A DNA stretch of 64,000 nt. Source: Alphaproteobacteria bacterium UBA6324. GTDB taxonomy: Bacteria > Pseudomonadota > Alphaproteobacteria > CAAGCB01 > CAG-977. Each line of letters opens with the position of its first letter. The first letter of the stretch is position 1. The notes beneath the pieces are model-generated. The model was not told the origin of the DNA and searched no databases. It saw nothing but the letters and a program-made list of their open reading frames with translations. The translations under genes were made by a program, and so were the position numbers. Below, piece after piece: positions 27,136 through 35,282 of the stretch. The stretch spans positions 70,114-134,113 of the forward strand of contig DJSW01000029.1 of assembly GCA_002439085.1 (NCBI GenBank), written 5' to 3'.

Positions 27136-28917
27136 TCACACGGCCAAGGCCAGATCCTCGATCACGAACTGGGCGGCGCCTTCGCCGCGGAACGTGTCCG
27201 GACGGATGTACCCCGCCGCGTGGAACAGCGTCCCTTTGGCGTTCAAGAGCGACGTGCCGACAATCGAATCCGCCGCACGAAAAGCGATCGCGCGGATGCG
27301 GCTTTTCCCGTTGCGGCCGACAAACGTGCACGAAACGTGCCCCGACCCGACGATCCGCGCCCCCGAAACCGCCACGTCGGGCAAAGCGAAACGGGGTTCC
27401 GGATTGCCTTCGCCGAACGGTTCCATGGCGCTCAGCGTTTCCAGCAGGCCGGACGAAACGGCGCCGACATCAATGACGGAATCAATCGTGAAATCCGCCG
27501 CCTGCCGAACCGCCGAACCGTGCGTTTTGAAATAATCGACCAAAAACGCCTTGAACTCATCCGCCCTGTCGGCGTTCAGCGAAAATCCGGCCGCCATCGC
27601 GTGACCGCCGCCGGCCGTCAAAATCCCTTTTTCCTTCGCCGCCAAAACGGCCGCGCCCAAATCGGCACCCGCGACGGAACGCCCCGACCCGCGCAGCTCG
27701 TCCCCGACCCGCGCCATGACCAAAGCCGGCAGATTGTACCGTTCTTTCAGCCGGCCGGCGATGATGCCGATCACGCCGGCGTGCCAATCGTTGCCGGAAA
27801 CGAAAACGACGCCGTCGTGTTCCGGCCTGCTTTCGACCTGCGCGATCGCCTGTTTATAGATGTTTTCGCACATTTGCCGGCGCACGGTGTTCAGCTCTTC
27901 CAACTTTTGCGCGATGTCGGCGGCCTCCGCCTCGTCCGCGGCGCACAACAGCTTCATGCCCAGCGACGCGTTGCCGATCCGCCCGCACGCGTTCAGGCGT
28001 GGCCCCAACACGAACCCCAGATGATAGGCTGTCGGCTTTTCCTTGATGTTCGCCAGATCGGCCAAAACGCACAGCCCTTTGTTGCGCCGCTGCGCCATGG
28101 CGGCCAGCCCCGATTTGACAAACAGGCGGTTCAGCCCGCGCAAAGCGACCACGTCGCAAACCGTCCCCAGCGCGACCAGATCCAGCGCGTTCATCAAATT
28201 CGGCTCCGGCCTGTCGGGGGTGTAAAAACCCTTTTCCCGCAACAGCCGGTTGACCGCGACCAGCGTCATGAAAACGACGCCGACGGCCGCCATTTGACGG
28301 CACGGGTTGTCAACGGGTTCGTCCAGCCGTTTCGGATTGACGACGGCCGTAACGTCTGGCAAAACGACATCGGGTTCGTGGTGGTCGATAACGATCACAT
28401 CCACGCCCTGCCGCATCAAAAACGCCAGCGGATCAAACGCCGTCGTGCCGCAATCGACCGTAACAACCAACTTCACCCCCGCATCGACGAATTCGCGCAT
28501 TGCCTTTTCACCGGGGCCGTACCCTTCTTCGCGTTCGGGGATTCTGGTCGCGACATCGGCGCCGACCTTTTTCAAAAATCGGGTCATCAGCGCGCCGGAT
28601 GTCGCGCCGTCCACGTCGTAATCGCCGAAAACGCCGATCTTTTCACCGTTCATAACGGCTTTGGCAATGCGTTCGGCCGCCTTTTCCATATCGCGCAGGA
28701 TGTACGGATCGGGCAGATGATTGCGAAAAGACGGCGACAGAAAAAACGAAACGTTTTCCGGCGCGACATGACGTCCGGCCAGCAATCGCGCCACGATTTC
28801 CGGCACGGCCGCCGCGCGGGCGACGGATTCAACCGCGTCCTGCGACACGTCGCCCGCCGCCCAAAATTGAGAGGTCAGCGAATTTTCAACCCCTAAAACC
28901 GCCGTCCGTTCCGCCAT
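27136..28917 (-). CDS. recJ: Single-stranded-DNA-specific exonuclease RecJ
   Basis: DHH motifs are present (GDYDVDGATSGAL, VTVDCG, IVIDHHEP), as is the DHHA1 domain (GGGHAMAAG). Confidence 0.85.
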   Translation of the reverse strand: MAERTAVLGVENSLTSQFWAAGDVSQDAVESVARAAAVPEIVARLLAGRHVAPENVSFFLSPSFRNHLPDPYILRDMEKAAERIAKAVMNGEKIGVFGDYDVDGATSGALMTRFLKKVGADVATRIPEREEGYGPGEKAMREFVDAGVKLVVTVDCGTTAFDPLAFLMRQGVDVIVIDHHEPDVVLPDVTAVVNPKRLDEPVDNPCRQMAAVGVVFMTLVAVNRLLREKGFYTPDRPEPNLMNALDLVALGTVCDVVALRGLNRLFVKSGLAAMAQRRNKGLCVLADLANIKEKPTAYHLGFVLGPRLNACGRIGNASLGMKLLCAADEAEAADIAQKLEELNTVRRQMCENIYKQAIAQVESRPEHDGVVFVSGNDWHAGVIGIIAGRLKERYNLPALVMARVGDELRGSGRSVAGADLGAAVLAAKEKGILTAGGGHAMAAGFSLNADRADEFKAFLVDYFKTHGSAVRQAADFTIDSVIDVGAVSSGLLETLSAMEPFGEGNPEPRFALPDVAVSGARIVGSGHVSCTFVGRNGKSRIRAIAFRAADSIVGTSLLNAKGTLFHAAGYIRPDTFRGEGAAQFVIEDLALAV

Positions 28918-28918
28918 G

Positions 28919-30214
28919 TCACAACCGTTCAATTCTGATCATGCACGGTTTGCCCGAAACGCACGGCAACCGTTCGATTTCCGACAAAGCCGCCGTCACC
29001 GCGCTTTCTTTCGACCGATGGAACGTCATGATCAGCGGCACCGTCCCGTCCGGACGGCGTCCGCGCTGGATCATCGACGCGATCGACACGCCGTTAACGC
29101 CCAAAACGCGGGCGATGTCGGCCACCACCCCCGGACGGTCGTCCACCTCGAACCGGACATAGTATTCGCCGACGCGTTCCGACAGGGGGACGACATCAAC
29201 CGGCCGCACCTCTTTGTTCGCGACGTTCAGCAAAGGCAGCCCGCGGTGCATCGCCGCGTCCGCGATGTCGGCCACCACCGCCGACGCCGTGGGGCGTTCG
29301 CCCGCGCCACGCCCGACAAACATGGTGTGGCCGATGAAATCGCCCTCAACGACGACGGCGTTGAACACGCCGTCCACATGGGCGATTTCCGCCGTTTGCG
29401 GGATCATGCACGGATAGACGTTCAGCGAAACGCCGCCGTCGCACCGCCGCCCGACGCCCAACAGCTTGATTCTGAAACCCAATTCCTCGGCGAAAGCGAT
29501 GTCCGTGTCGGCGACGGAACGGATGCCCTCGACGCTCAACGCCGCCAGATCGACCGGCATTCCGAACGCCAAAGCCCCAAGGATGCACGTTTTGTGCGCC
29601 GTGTCGATCCCGTCGATGTCAAAGCTGGGATCCGCCTCGGCATACCCCAGTTTCTGCGCGTCCGCCAAAACGTCGCCGAACGGCCGCCCCGTTTCGCGCA
29701 TCACCGTCAGGATGTAATTGCACGTCCCGTTCAAAATGCCGTAGATTTCGGAAATCCGGTTGCCGACCAACCCTTCGCGCAACGATTTAATGATCGGAAT
29801 GCCGCCGGCGACCGCCGCCTCGTACCCGAAAAAGACGCCGCGTTCCTCCGCCAGACGCGCCAATTCGTTGCCGTGATGCGCGATCATCGCTTTGTTCGCC
29901 GTGACGAAACTTTTGCCGCACCCCAACGCCGACCGGCACAGATCATACGCGATCCCGTCCGCCCCGCCGATCAGTTCGATCACCACGTCGGCGCCCGTTT
30001 TTTCAACCATTTCCCGCGCATCCGTGTAAAAGGCGGTCGTTTCCGGCACGCCCAAAGCCCGCGCGCGATCCGGATTCAAATCGGCCACGGCGGCCAGTTC
30101 GATCGGCCGGCCGCACCTTTTTTTCAAAACATCCTTTTGTTCCAGCAGCAGCTTGACAACACCGCCGCCGACGGTTCCCAATCCGGCCAAAGCGACCTTG
30201 AACGCATCCGACAT
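28919..30214 (-). CDS. hom: Homoserine dehydrogenase
   Basis: The N-terminal NAD-binding motif VALAGLGTVGGGV is present, together with the catalytic domain and a C-terminal ACT domain. The ATG at 30214 is used. The upstream in-frame Met/Trp-repeat segment in the ORF track is rejected. Confidence 0.85.
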   Translation of the reverse strand: MSDAFKVALAGLGTVGGGVVKLLLEQKDVLKKRCGRPIELAAVADLNPDRARALGVPETTAFYTDAREMVEKTGADVVIELIGGADGIAYDLCRSALGCGKSFVTANKAMIAHHGNELARLAEERGVFFGYEAAVAGGIPIIKSLREGLVGNRISEIYGILNGTCNYILTVMRETGRPFGDVLADAQKLGYAEADPSFDIDGIDTAHKTCILGALAFGMPVDLAALSVEGIRSVADTDIAFAEELGFRIKLLGVGRRCDGGVSLNVYPCMIPQTAEIAHVDGVFNAVVVEGDFIGHTMFVGRGAGERPTASAVVADIADAAMHRGLPLLNVANKEVRPVDVVPLSERVGEYYVRFEVDDRPGVVADIARVLGVNGVSIASMIQRGRRPDGTVPLIMTFHRSKESAVTAALSEIERLPCVSGKPCMIRIERL

Positions 30215-30239
30215 ATTCCACCTATTCCACCTATTCCAC
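30213..30239. repeat. 9-bp tandem repeat (CTATTCCAC x about 2.7 on the plus strand, GTGGAATAG on the coding strand) immediately upstream of the hom start
   Basis: Seen directly. It overlaps the 3' end of the lipoprotein gene and the hom translation initiation region. Confidence 0.6.
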
Positions 30240-31121
30240 AATAAACACATCAACCGAAGATTCGGATTCCTCCGCCGCGGGCGGAATCAAAACAAAGCCG
30301 TTTTCGCTTTCCGTTTGCGCCGGCGGCGTCAAAACGGGCGCGGCCTCTTTTTCCGGCGGCGTCAGAACGAACGTTTCCGGTTCGGGTTCCGGCCACGTCA
30401 GCATCGGCGCGGGCGCGGGTTCAACCAGCGGTTCGTCAGCGACGACGGGACGCGACGGCTGCGGCATCGGCAAAGTGACCGGCACGGCGGCCGCGTCGTT
30501 TTTCGGCACGGGTTCGACGGCGGACGCAGGTTCAACCGCGGGTTCGGATTTGGACGGCGTCAGCGGAACAATTTCCGGCATCGGCGTTTGCGCCGTTTGC
30601 GGCTGTTCCGCCCGCTCCTCGCGTTTTTCCGCCGCGACGACCTCGACCATTTCGACCTGCGCGGGTTTGGGCGCGATGATTTCGGCCAGCATCTCGTCAT
30701 CGGACATGGCGGCCAAACCGTCCTTTTCCTGCTCTTTCAATTCCAGCGGGCGCACGACATCGGCTGCGCGGCGTTTCGCTCCGCCGTACACGATTCCGGA
30801 ATCCGGCGCGTTCAACCCCTTGCGCAGGGCGATTTTCTCTTTCGATCCGAAACGGCCGGCGTGTTCGTACATTTTATCCGTTTCGGCCGGCGCCCGATAA
30901 TCCCCCTTGTTCACCGTCGCGGCGGAAACGTTCACGTCCAGCATTTCATCCACCGTCCGCCCCGGTCTGTCGTCGGGCGTCACGGGAACCATGTCCGGTT
31001 CCGGCGCGGCGAAACTGTCGTCATAACCGAAAAGTTCCGCGTCGTTCGCGGACGAACACGCGCCCAGCATCAAAAGGCAAAGCCCGAAAACCGTTTTGGA
31101 AAACGTCGAAAAATGCGCCAT
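30231..31121 (-). CDS. Pro/Glu-rich lipoprotein, hypothetical
   Basis: The ATG at 31121 has a GGAGTGGGGGAT Shine-Dalgarno and gives a lipoprotein signal (LCLLMLGACSSAND). The C-terminal half is low-complexity (PEPxP repeats). Confidence 0.5.
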   Translation of the reverse strand: MAHFSTFSKTVFGLCLLMLGACSSANDAELFGYDDSFAAPEPDMVPVTPDDRPGRTVDEMLDVNVSAATVNKGDYRAPAETDKMYEHAGRFGSKEKIALRKGLNAPDSGIVYGGAKRRAADVVRPLELKEQEKDGLAAMSDDEMLAEIIAPKPAQVEMVEVVAAEKREERAEQPQTAQTPMPEIVPLTPSKSEPAVEPASAVEPVPKNDAAAVPVTLPMPQPSRPVVADEPLVEPAPAPMLTWPEPEPETFVLTPPEKEAAPVLTPPAQTESENGFVLIPPAAEESESSVDVFIVE

Positions 31122-31291
31122 ATCCCCCACTCCGCATAAAAAAAACAACGGATTCATATTACAGGGGCGCGCCTGAAATCGCAAGCAGACTTTGGAAAAC
31201 AGTTTTTCAGAAAAAACAGCGCGGCGTTTTCGCAAAATCCGGCGCAGACAAAGCCTTTGAAAAAAAAGTTGTGGACAAACTGGACAAATTG

Positions 31292-31320
31292 TTGACAACC
31301 GCCGCCGGACAAGGTATTCT
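31292..31320 (+). promoter_or_regulatory. Sigma70-like promoter upstream of add (TTGACA - 17 nt - TATTCT)
   Basis: The -35 element is a consensus match and the spacer is 17 nt. It lies about 70 nt upstream of the add start codon. Flanking TGGACAAA direct repeats are present. Confidence 0.35.
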
Positions 31321-31387
31321 ACCGGATTAAGAAGATTATAAGTGTAACGATAACTAGAGAGTCGCTAAAGGCTCCGGAAGGTGGAAA

Positions 31388-32659
31388 ATGACACAGGAAT
31401 TCAATACGGCGGATATGCCCAAGGCAACCCTGCATGAACATATCGAAGGAACCGTCACGCCCGAAATGGCGGAAAAACTGGCGCAGCGTCATCATGTCAA
31501 GCTGCCCGAAAATTTCGTGATGAAGGACGGCGAATATAACAAAAGCGATTTCCCGAACGGTCGGTACGCGTATGACGAAAGCGATTTCTGGGCTTTCATC
31601 AACACCTACGACACCGTGGCCGATTTGATGCGCACGCCGCAAGACTATTACGACGTGACAAAGGATTACCTGTCCAAAAACGCGGCCGAGGGCGGCGTTT
31701 ACGCGGAATTGATCGTTTCCCCCATGCACATGGCGACCGAAGTCAACCCCGAAACGGGCAAGGCCGAGCTGTCCGCCCCGCGCTATCACGCCATGCTGGA
31801 CGCGATGACCCGCGCCGTTGACGAAGTCAAAGAGGAAACCGGACTGGAAACCCGTTTCATTGCGACGGGCGTGCGCAATCTGGGTGCTGAAAACGTGACC
31901 GAAGTCGCCAAATTCGTGCGCGACAACCCGCATCCGCTGGTGACGGGATTCGGCATCGCGGGCAACGAACGCGCCGGCGAATTCAAAGATTTTGCCGAAG
32001 CTTTGTCGATCGCCAAATCGGCCGGATTGAAACTGGCCGTCCACGCCGGCGAAATCCGCGGCCCCGAAAGCATCCGCGACGCCGTCAATCTGGGCGCGTC
32101 CCGCATCGGCCACGGCGTTTCCGCGCCGCAAGACCCCGCTTTGGTCAAGGAATTGGCGGAAAAGAACATCATGGTCGAGGTCTGCCCGACATCCAACCGC
32201 ATTTTGGTCACGGATTTGAAAGGCGATCTGGCGAACCATCCGGCGCGCAAACTGTACGACGCGGGCGTTCGCATTTCCATCAACCCCGACGACGGCGGCA
32301 TTTTCGGCACCCGCACGGGCAAGGAACACCGCATCAGCGCGAAGGAATTCGGATTTTCCAAGGCCGAAATGTTGGACATCACGCTGTGCGCGGTTGAAAA
32401 TTCGTTCGCCGACGTGAAAACCCGCAAACAAATCAAGGAAAACGTCTATAAAACCATGACGGCCGACGACCGCAAGGAAATGAAAGAACTGGCCGACAAC
32501 GCGAAAAATCCGTACCTGAAACAACGTTTGGAAACCCGCGTTGTTGAAAGCGAAAAGGTCGCCAAGAAAATGGAAATCCAGCAGCGGCGCACCAAAACGA
32601 TGAACGCGATGCGCGCGTCCCGCATGGCTTTGTTTGCCAAACAGGCGCACAACCGTTGA
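31388..32659 (+). CDS. add: Adenosine/adenine deaminase family protein with a Lys/Arg-rich C-terminal extension
   Basis: The metal-binding N-terminus LHEHIEG is present, as are the SxGF...HAGE and IGHGV motifs. GGAAGGTGG Shine-Dalgarno. Confidence 0.8.
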   Translation: MTQEFNTADMPKATLHEHIEGTVTPEMAEKLAQRHHVKLPENFVMKDGEYNKSDFPNGRYAYDESDFWAFINTYDTVADLMRTPQDYYDVTKDYLSKNAAEGGVYAELIVSPMHMATEVNPETGKAELSAPRYHAMLDAMTRAVDEVKEETGLETRFIATGVRNLGAENVTEVAKFVRDNPHPLVTGFGIAGNERAGEFKDFAEALSIAKSAGLKLAVHAGEIRGPESIRDAVNLGASRIGHGVSAPQDPALVKELAEKNIMVEVCPTSNRILVTDLKGDLANHPARKLYDAGVRISINPDDGGIFGTRTGKEHRISAKEFGFSKAEMLDITLCAVENSFADVKTRKQIKENVYKTMTADDRKEMKELADNAKNPYLKQRLETRVVESEKVAKKMEIQQRRTKTMNAMRASRMALFAKQAHNR

Positions 32660-32680
32660 TTCCTTAAACGCAAAAGACAA

Positions 32681-32715
32681 CCCCTTGACCGTCACGGTCA
32701 AGGGGCTTTTTTTTA
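32681..32715. terminator. Strong bidirectional rho-independent terminator between the convergent add and SBP genes
   Basis: Perfect 11-bp stem CCCCTTGACCG / CGGTCAAGGGG with a TCA loop, followed by a T9 run. Confidence 0.75.
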
Positions 32716-32731
32716 TCACGCGGCGCGCGGT

Positions 32732-33691
32732 TTATTGCCCATCCGCCCGTTGTTCCCGTCCGCCCGTTTGCCCGTCCGCGGCCGGCGTGTATTCCAACGG
32801 CGGTTCGCCGGCGTGACGTTCCACCCAGATGTCGATGTATTTGTGGATCAGCTTTTCCACTTCCTCTTTGTTTTTAAAGCGTTCGTTGAATTTCTGCGCG
32901 AACACGCCTTTGTACGGACGACACGGCGACATTTTGGAAAACGCCATAAAGTATTTGATGTGGCGCAAAACCTTTTTGCCGAAATGCAGTTTGTCTTTGA
33001 CCTGAAAACGCTTGGCTTCCGCGTCGGCGGCGTAAGGGCTGGTGATCATGAAATCGGCGTCGCCGGACAACAACATTTTAAACGCTTCCCGCGGCCCGTC
33101 CACGACGACCAGCTTCGTATCCGTCGGCAATAATCCGCGAATCAGCGGTTCAACCTCTTCTTCGCGCCGGACGACGCCTTTCAGTCCTTTCAATTCGGAA
33201 ACGTCCTGCACGTCGATCGGTTTCGTTTTTCGGGAAACGGCGATGAACGGATTGCCGAAATAGGCGGGATAGATGTAATCCTGCCCCGACTTGCCTTCAT
33301 CCACATAATAGCTGGAAAACAGCAGATCGACCTTGCCGTGCAAAACGCTGCGCTGCGCGTCGTTGAACGTATCGAACGCCAATTCCCTGACATGAATGAC
33401 ATTGATGTCTTTCAGCGCCTGTTTCAGCGGATCGAGAACAAATCCGTGATAAGCGTAACGTTCGCCGCCCGTGTCCCGCAAAAAGGTTTGATCCAGTTCC
33501 GCCCACGAAAACGGCGGATAATCCTTGAATCCGGCGATCCGGAAATCCTGCCCGTTGTTGCTGGCACCGCAATCGTCAACCGGATACGGGCTGCGTTTTT
33601 TAACGGCGGGCGCGGCGGCGGCCGTTTGCGCGGCGAAAAGGGCGGCGGCCAGAATCGTCAGAAAAATCCGTGTTTTTTTCATGTGTTTCAT
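32732..33691 (-). CDS. Periplasmic solute-binding protein, family 3 (amino-acid-type SBP), solitary
   Basis: Signal peptide (ILAAALFAAQTAAA). The bilobed SBP_bac_3-like layout is present (FKDYPPFSW ... VVVDGPREAFKMLLSGDADFMIT). Confidence 0.6.
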   Translation of the reverse strand: MKHMKKTRIFLTILAAALFAAQTAAAAPAVKKRSPYPVDDCGASNNGQDFRIAGFKDYPPFSWAELDQTFLRDTGGERYAYHGFVLDPLKQALKDINVIHVRELAFDTFNDAQRSVLHGKVDLLFSSYYVDEGKSGQDYIYPAYFGNPFIAVSRKTKPIDVQDVSELKGLKGVVRREEEVEPLIRGLLPTDTKLVVVDGPREAFKMLLSGDADFMITSPYAADAEAKRFQVKDKLHFGKKVLRHIKYFMAFSKMSPCRPYKGVFAQKFNERFKNKEEVEKLIHKYIDIWVERHAGEPPLEYTPAADGQTGGREQRADGQ

Positions 33692-33825
33692 CCTCGTTTT
33701 ATGAAAAACGCGTTGTCGGGTTCAACGCATCCTTAATCTTTTCATTTCTATAATCTAGCAAAGTTTTTTGATTTTTAACACACTTTAGGTTATCCTGATT
33801 CTGTTTTTTCCAAGGAGCGTCCCGC

Positions 33826-34230
33826 ATGAACACCAACCCGTATATGACCACCGAATCCTCCGCCATGCCGCAAAATGAATTGGAAGCCCGCGCACTGATC
33901 CGCACGGCGTCGCGCCTGAACGGCATCAAGGAACGCTGGCCCGTTCCCGCCGCCGAATTGAACGAAGCGTTGGATTTGAACCGGAAGCTGTGGACGATTT
34001 TGGTGACGGGCGCAACCGAAGAATCCAACCCTCTGCCCGTTGAAATCAAGCAGAACATTTTTAATCTGGCGCATTTCATTTTCAAACACACGTTCGCCGT
34101 CATGGCAAAACCCGAAGCCAAATCGCTGGACATCCTGATCAACATCAACATGAACATCGCCCGCGGGCTGAACGAACAGAGTCTGCGCCGCGCCCAACAG
34201 GCCGAATCCGCCGCCCCCGCGCAGGGTTAA
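33826..34230 (+). CDS. flaF: Flagellar biosynthesis regulator FlaF
   Basis: The 134-aa product contains ELEARALIRTA and NRKLW...LPVEIKQNIFNL blocks, which are typical of alphaproteobacterial FlaF. No flbT partner is adjacent. Confidence 0.55.
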   Translation: MNTNPYMTTESSAMPQNELEARALIRTASRLNGIKERWPVPAAELNEALDLNRKLWTILVTGATEESNPLPVEIKQNIFNLAHFIFKHTFAVMAKPEAKSLDILININMNIARGLNEQSLRRAQQAESAAPAQG

Positions 34231-35111
34231 GCCTTTTCGCCGCCGCACGCGCCGCACCGCGAACACCCGTTGCAACATATCCGCCGCCCGCATTCCGCGC
34301 ACTGTTTCCCGAAAAACGGTTCGTAGCGTTCCGCCGTCCCGAATAGCGACGGCTGCGGAAGCGTCAGTTTAAAGTCAATGGACTTTCCCTTGAATCCCAA
34401 TCCCGATTTGAACGCCATCCGGCTTTGCAAAGCCTTGTCCGGCATATGGTAGGTTTTGCCGTCCTTGATGAAATTCGTTCCCGTTTCGACAAAGCAGAAC
34501 GTCACGTTCGCCGCCGCGCATTCGTCACGCAAGCTTTTCACCCATTCATAACGCAACGGCCGCGCCCCGTCGTAGTTTTCACCGCCCGCCAACACCTGTT
34601 CGATTTGTCCCGCGGGCAGATACCGCGCGATCGAAACCGCCCCGATAAACGGCGCGGCCATAATCCCCTTGTGTTTGAACGGCAAGTCGAACAAAACCGG
34701 TATCCGTTCGTCCGCGCGCGCCTGATTTTCGCACGTCACGTTAAAAAACACGTTTTCCCAACCGTCGCCCCAATCCGACGGCAAACAGTCCGCCACGCGT
34801 TCGGGACGCTTGGTCAGCAAAAAGAACACGACATCCGGCCTTTGTTTGATGACGCGCCACGCGTCGGCGCGCCATTCGTCCGCTTGCGGCAAAAAGAAAT
34901 CGGATGTCATGCATACGCGGATATGTTCGCCGCTTTTGATTTTATAGTTTCCGGATCTGTCCTTGGCCAACGGATAGTCGAAATTGTTTTGCACTTTGAA
35001 CACGCGCGATCCGTCCATTCCGCGCTTGGCATCCAAAAAATACATATAGCAATGAGCGCAGCCTTCGCTTTTTTTCACACAGCCGTGCCACGGATTCCAA
35101 ATATCGTGCAT
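34227..35111 (-). CDS. Phage Gp37/Gp68-family protein (DUF5131) with a Cys-rich C-terminal tail
   Basis: The N-terminal WNPWHGCVKKSEGCAHCY motif is characteristic of the DUF5131 family. The C-terminal tail reads CAECGRRICCNGCSRCGACGG. The ATG at 35111 is used. The gene abuts tRNA-Ala. Confidence 0.6.
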   Translation of the reverse strand: MHDIWNPWHGCVKKSEGCAHCYMYFLDAKRGMDGSRVFKVQNNFDYPLAKDRSGNYKIKSGEHIRVCMTSDFFLPQADEWRADAWRVIKQRPDVVFFLLTKRPERVADCLPSDWGDGWENVFFNVTCENQARADERIPVLFDLPFKHKGIMAAPFIGAVSIARYLPAGQIEQVLAGGENYDGARPLRYEWVKSLRDECAAANVTFCFVETGTNFIKDGKTYHMPDKALQSRMAFKSGLGFKGKSIDFKLTLPQPSLFGTAERYEPFFGKQCAECGRRICCNGCSRCGACGGEKA

Positions 35112-35161
35112 CGTTTCCCCGCATATAAGAAAGCCGCAGATTTTCACCTGCGGCTTTCTTA

Positions 35162-35237
35162 TGGTGGAGATGAGGAGGATCGAACTCCTGACCTACGCAT
35201 TGCGAACGCGTCGCTCTCCCAGCTGAGCTACACCCCC
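35162..35237 (-). tRNA. tRNA-Ala (anticodon CGC)
   Basis: The cloverleaf can be folded by hand. The acceptor stem GGGGGTG/CATCTCC carries the G3:U70 Ala identity pair. The anticodon loop TTCGCAA gives CGC. The T-arm is GGAGTTCGATCCTCC, and CCA is encoded. Confidence 0.85.
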
Positions 35238-35282
35238 ACGACGGTTTGTAATATTCCCCAATCCGATGCAAATGTCAACACT

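Noticed and set aside
31321-31387. Possible purine (add-type) riboswitch in the adenosine deaminase 5' leader
   Set aside because: The roughly 70-nt leader lacks the conserved purine-aptamer junction sequences and the P2/P3 loop-loop elements. Only a promoter and a Shine-Dalgarno sequence are evident.
33692-33825. Flagellar (sigma-54 or sigma-28) promoter upstream of flaF
   Set aside because: Only a TATAAT-like hexamer (ttctataatcta) is visible. There is no TGGCAC/TTGC or TAAA-N15-GCCGATAA element, so no promoter is called.
34942-35271. 109-aa minus-strand ORF
   Set aside because: It overlaps the tRNA-Ala gene and the terminator-like hairpin, and is spurious.
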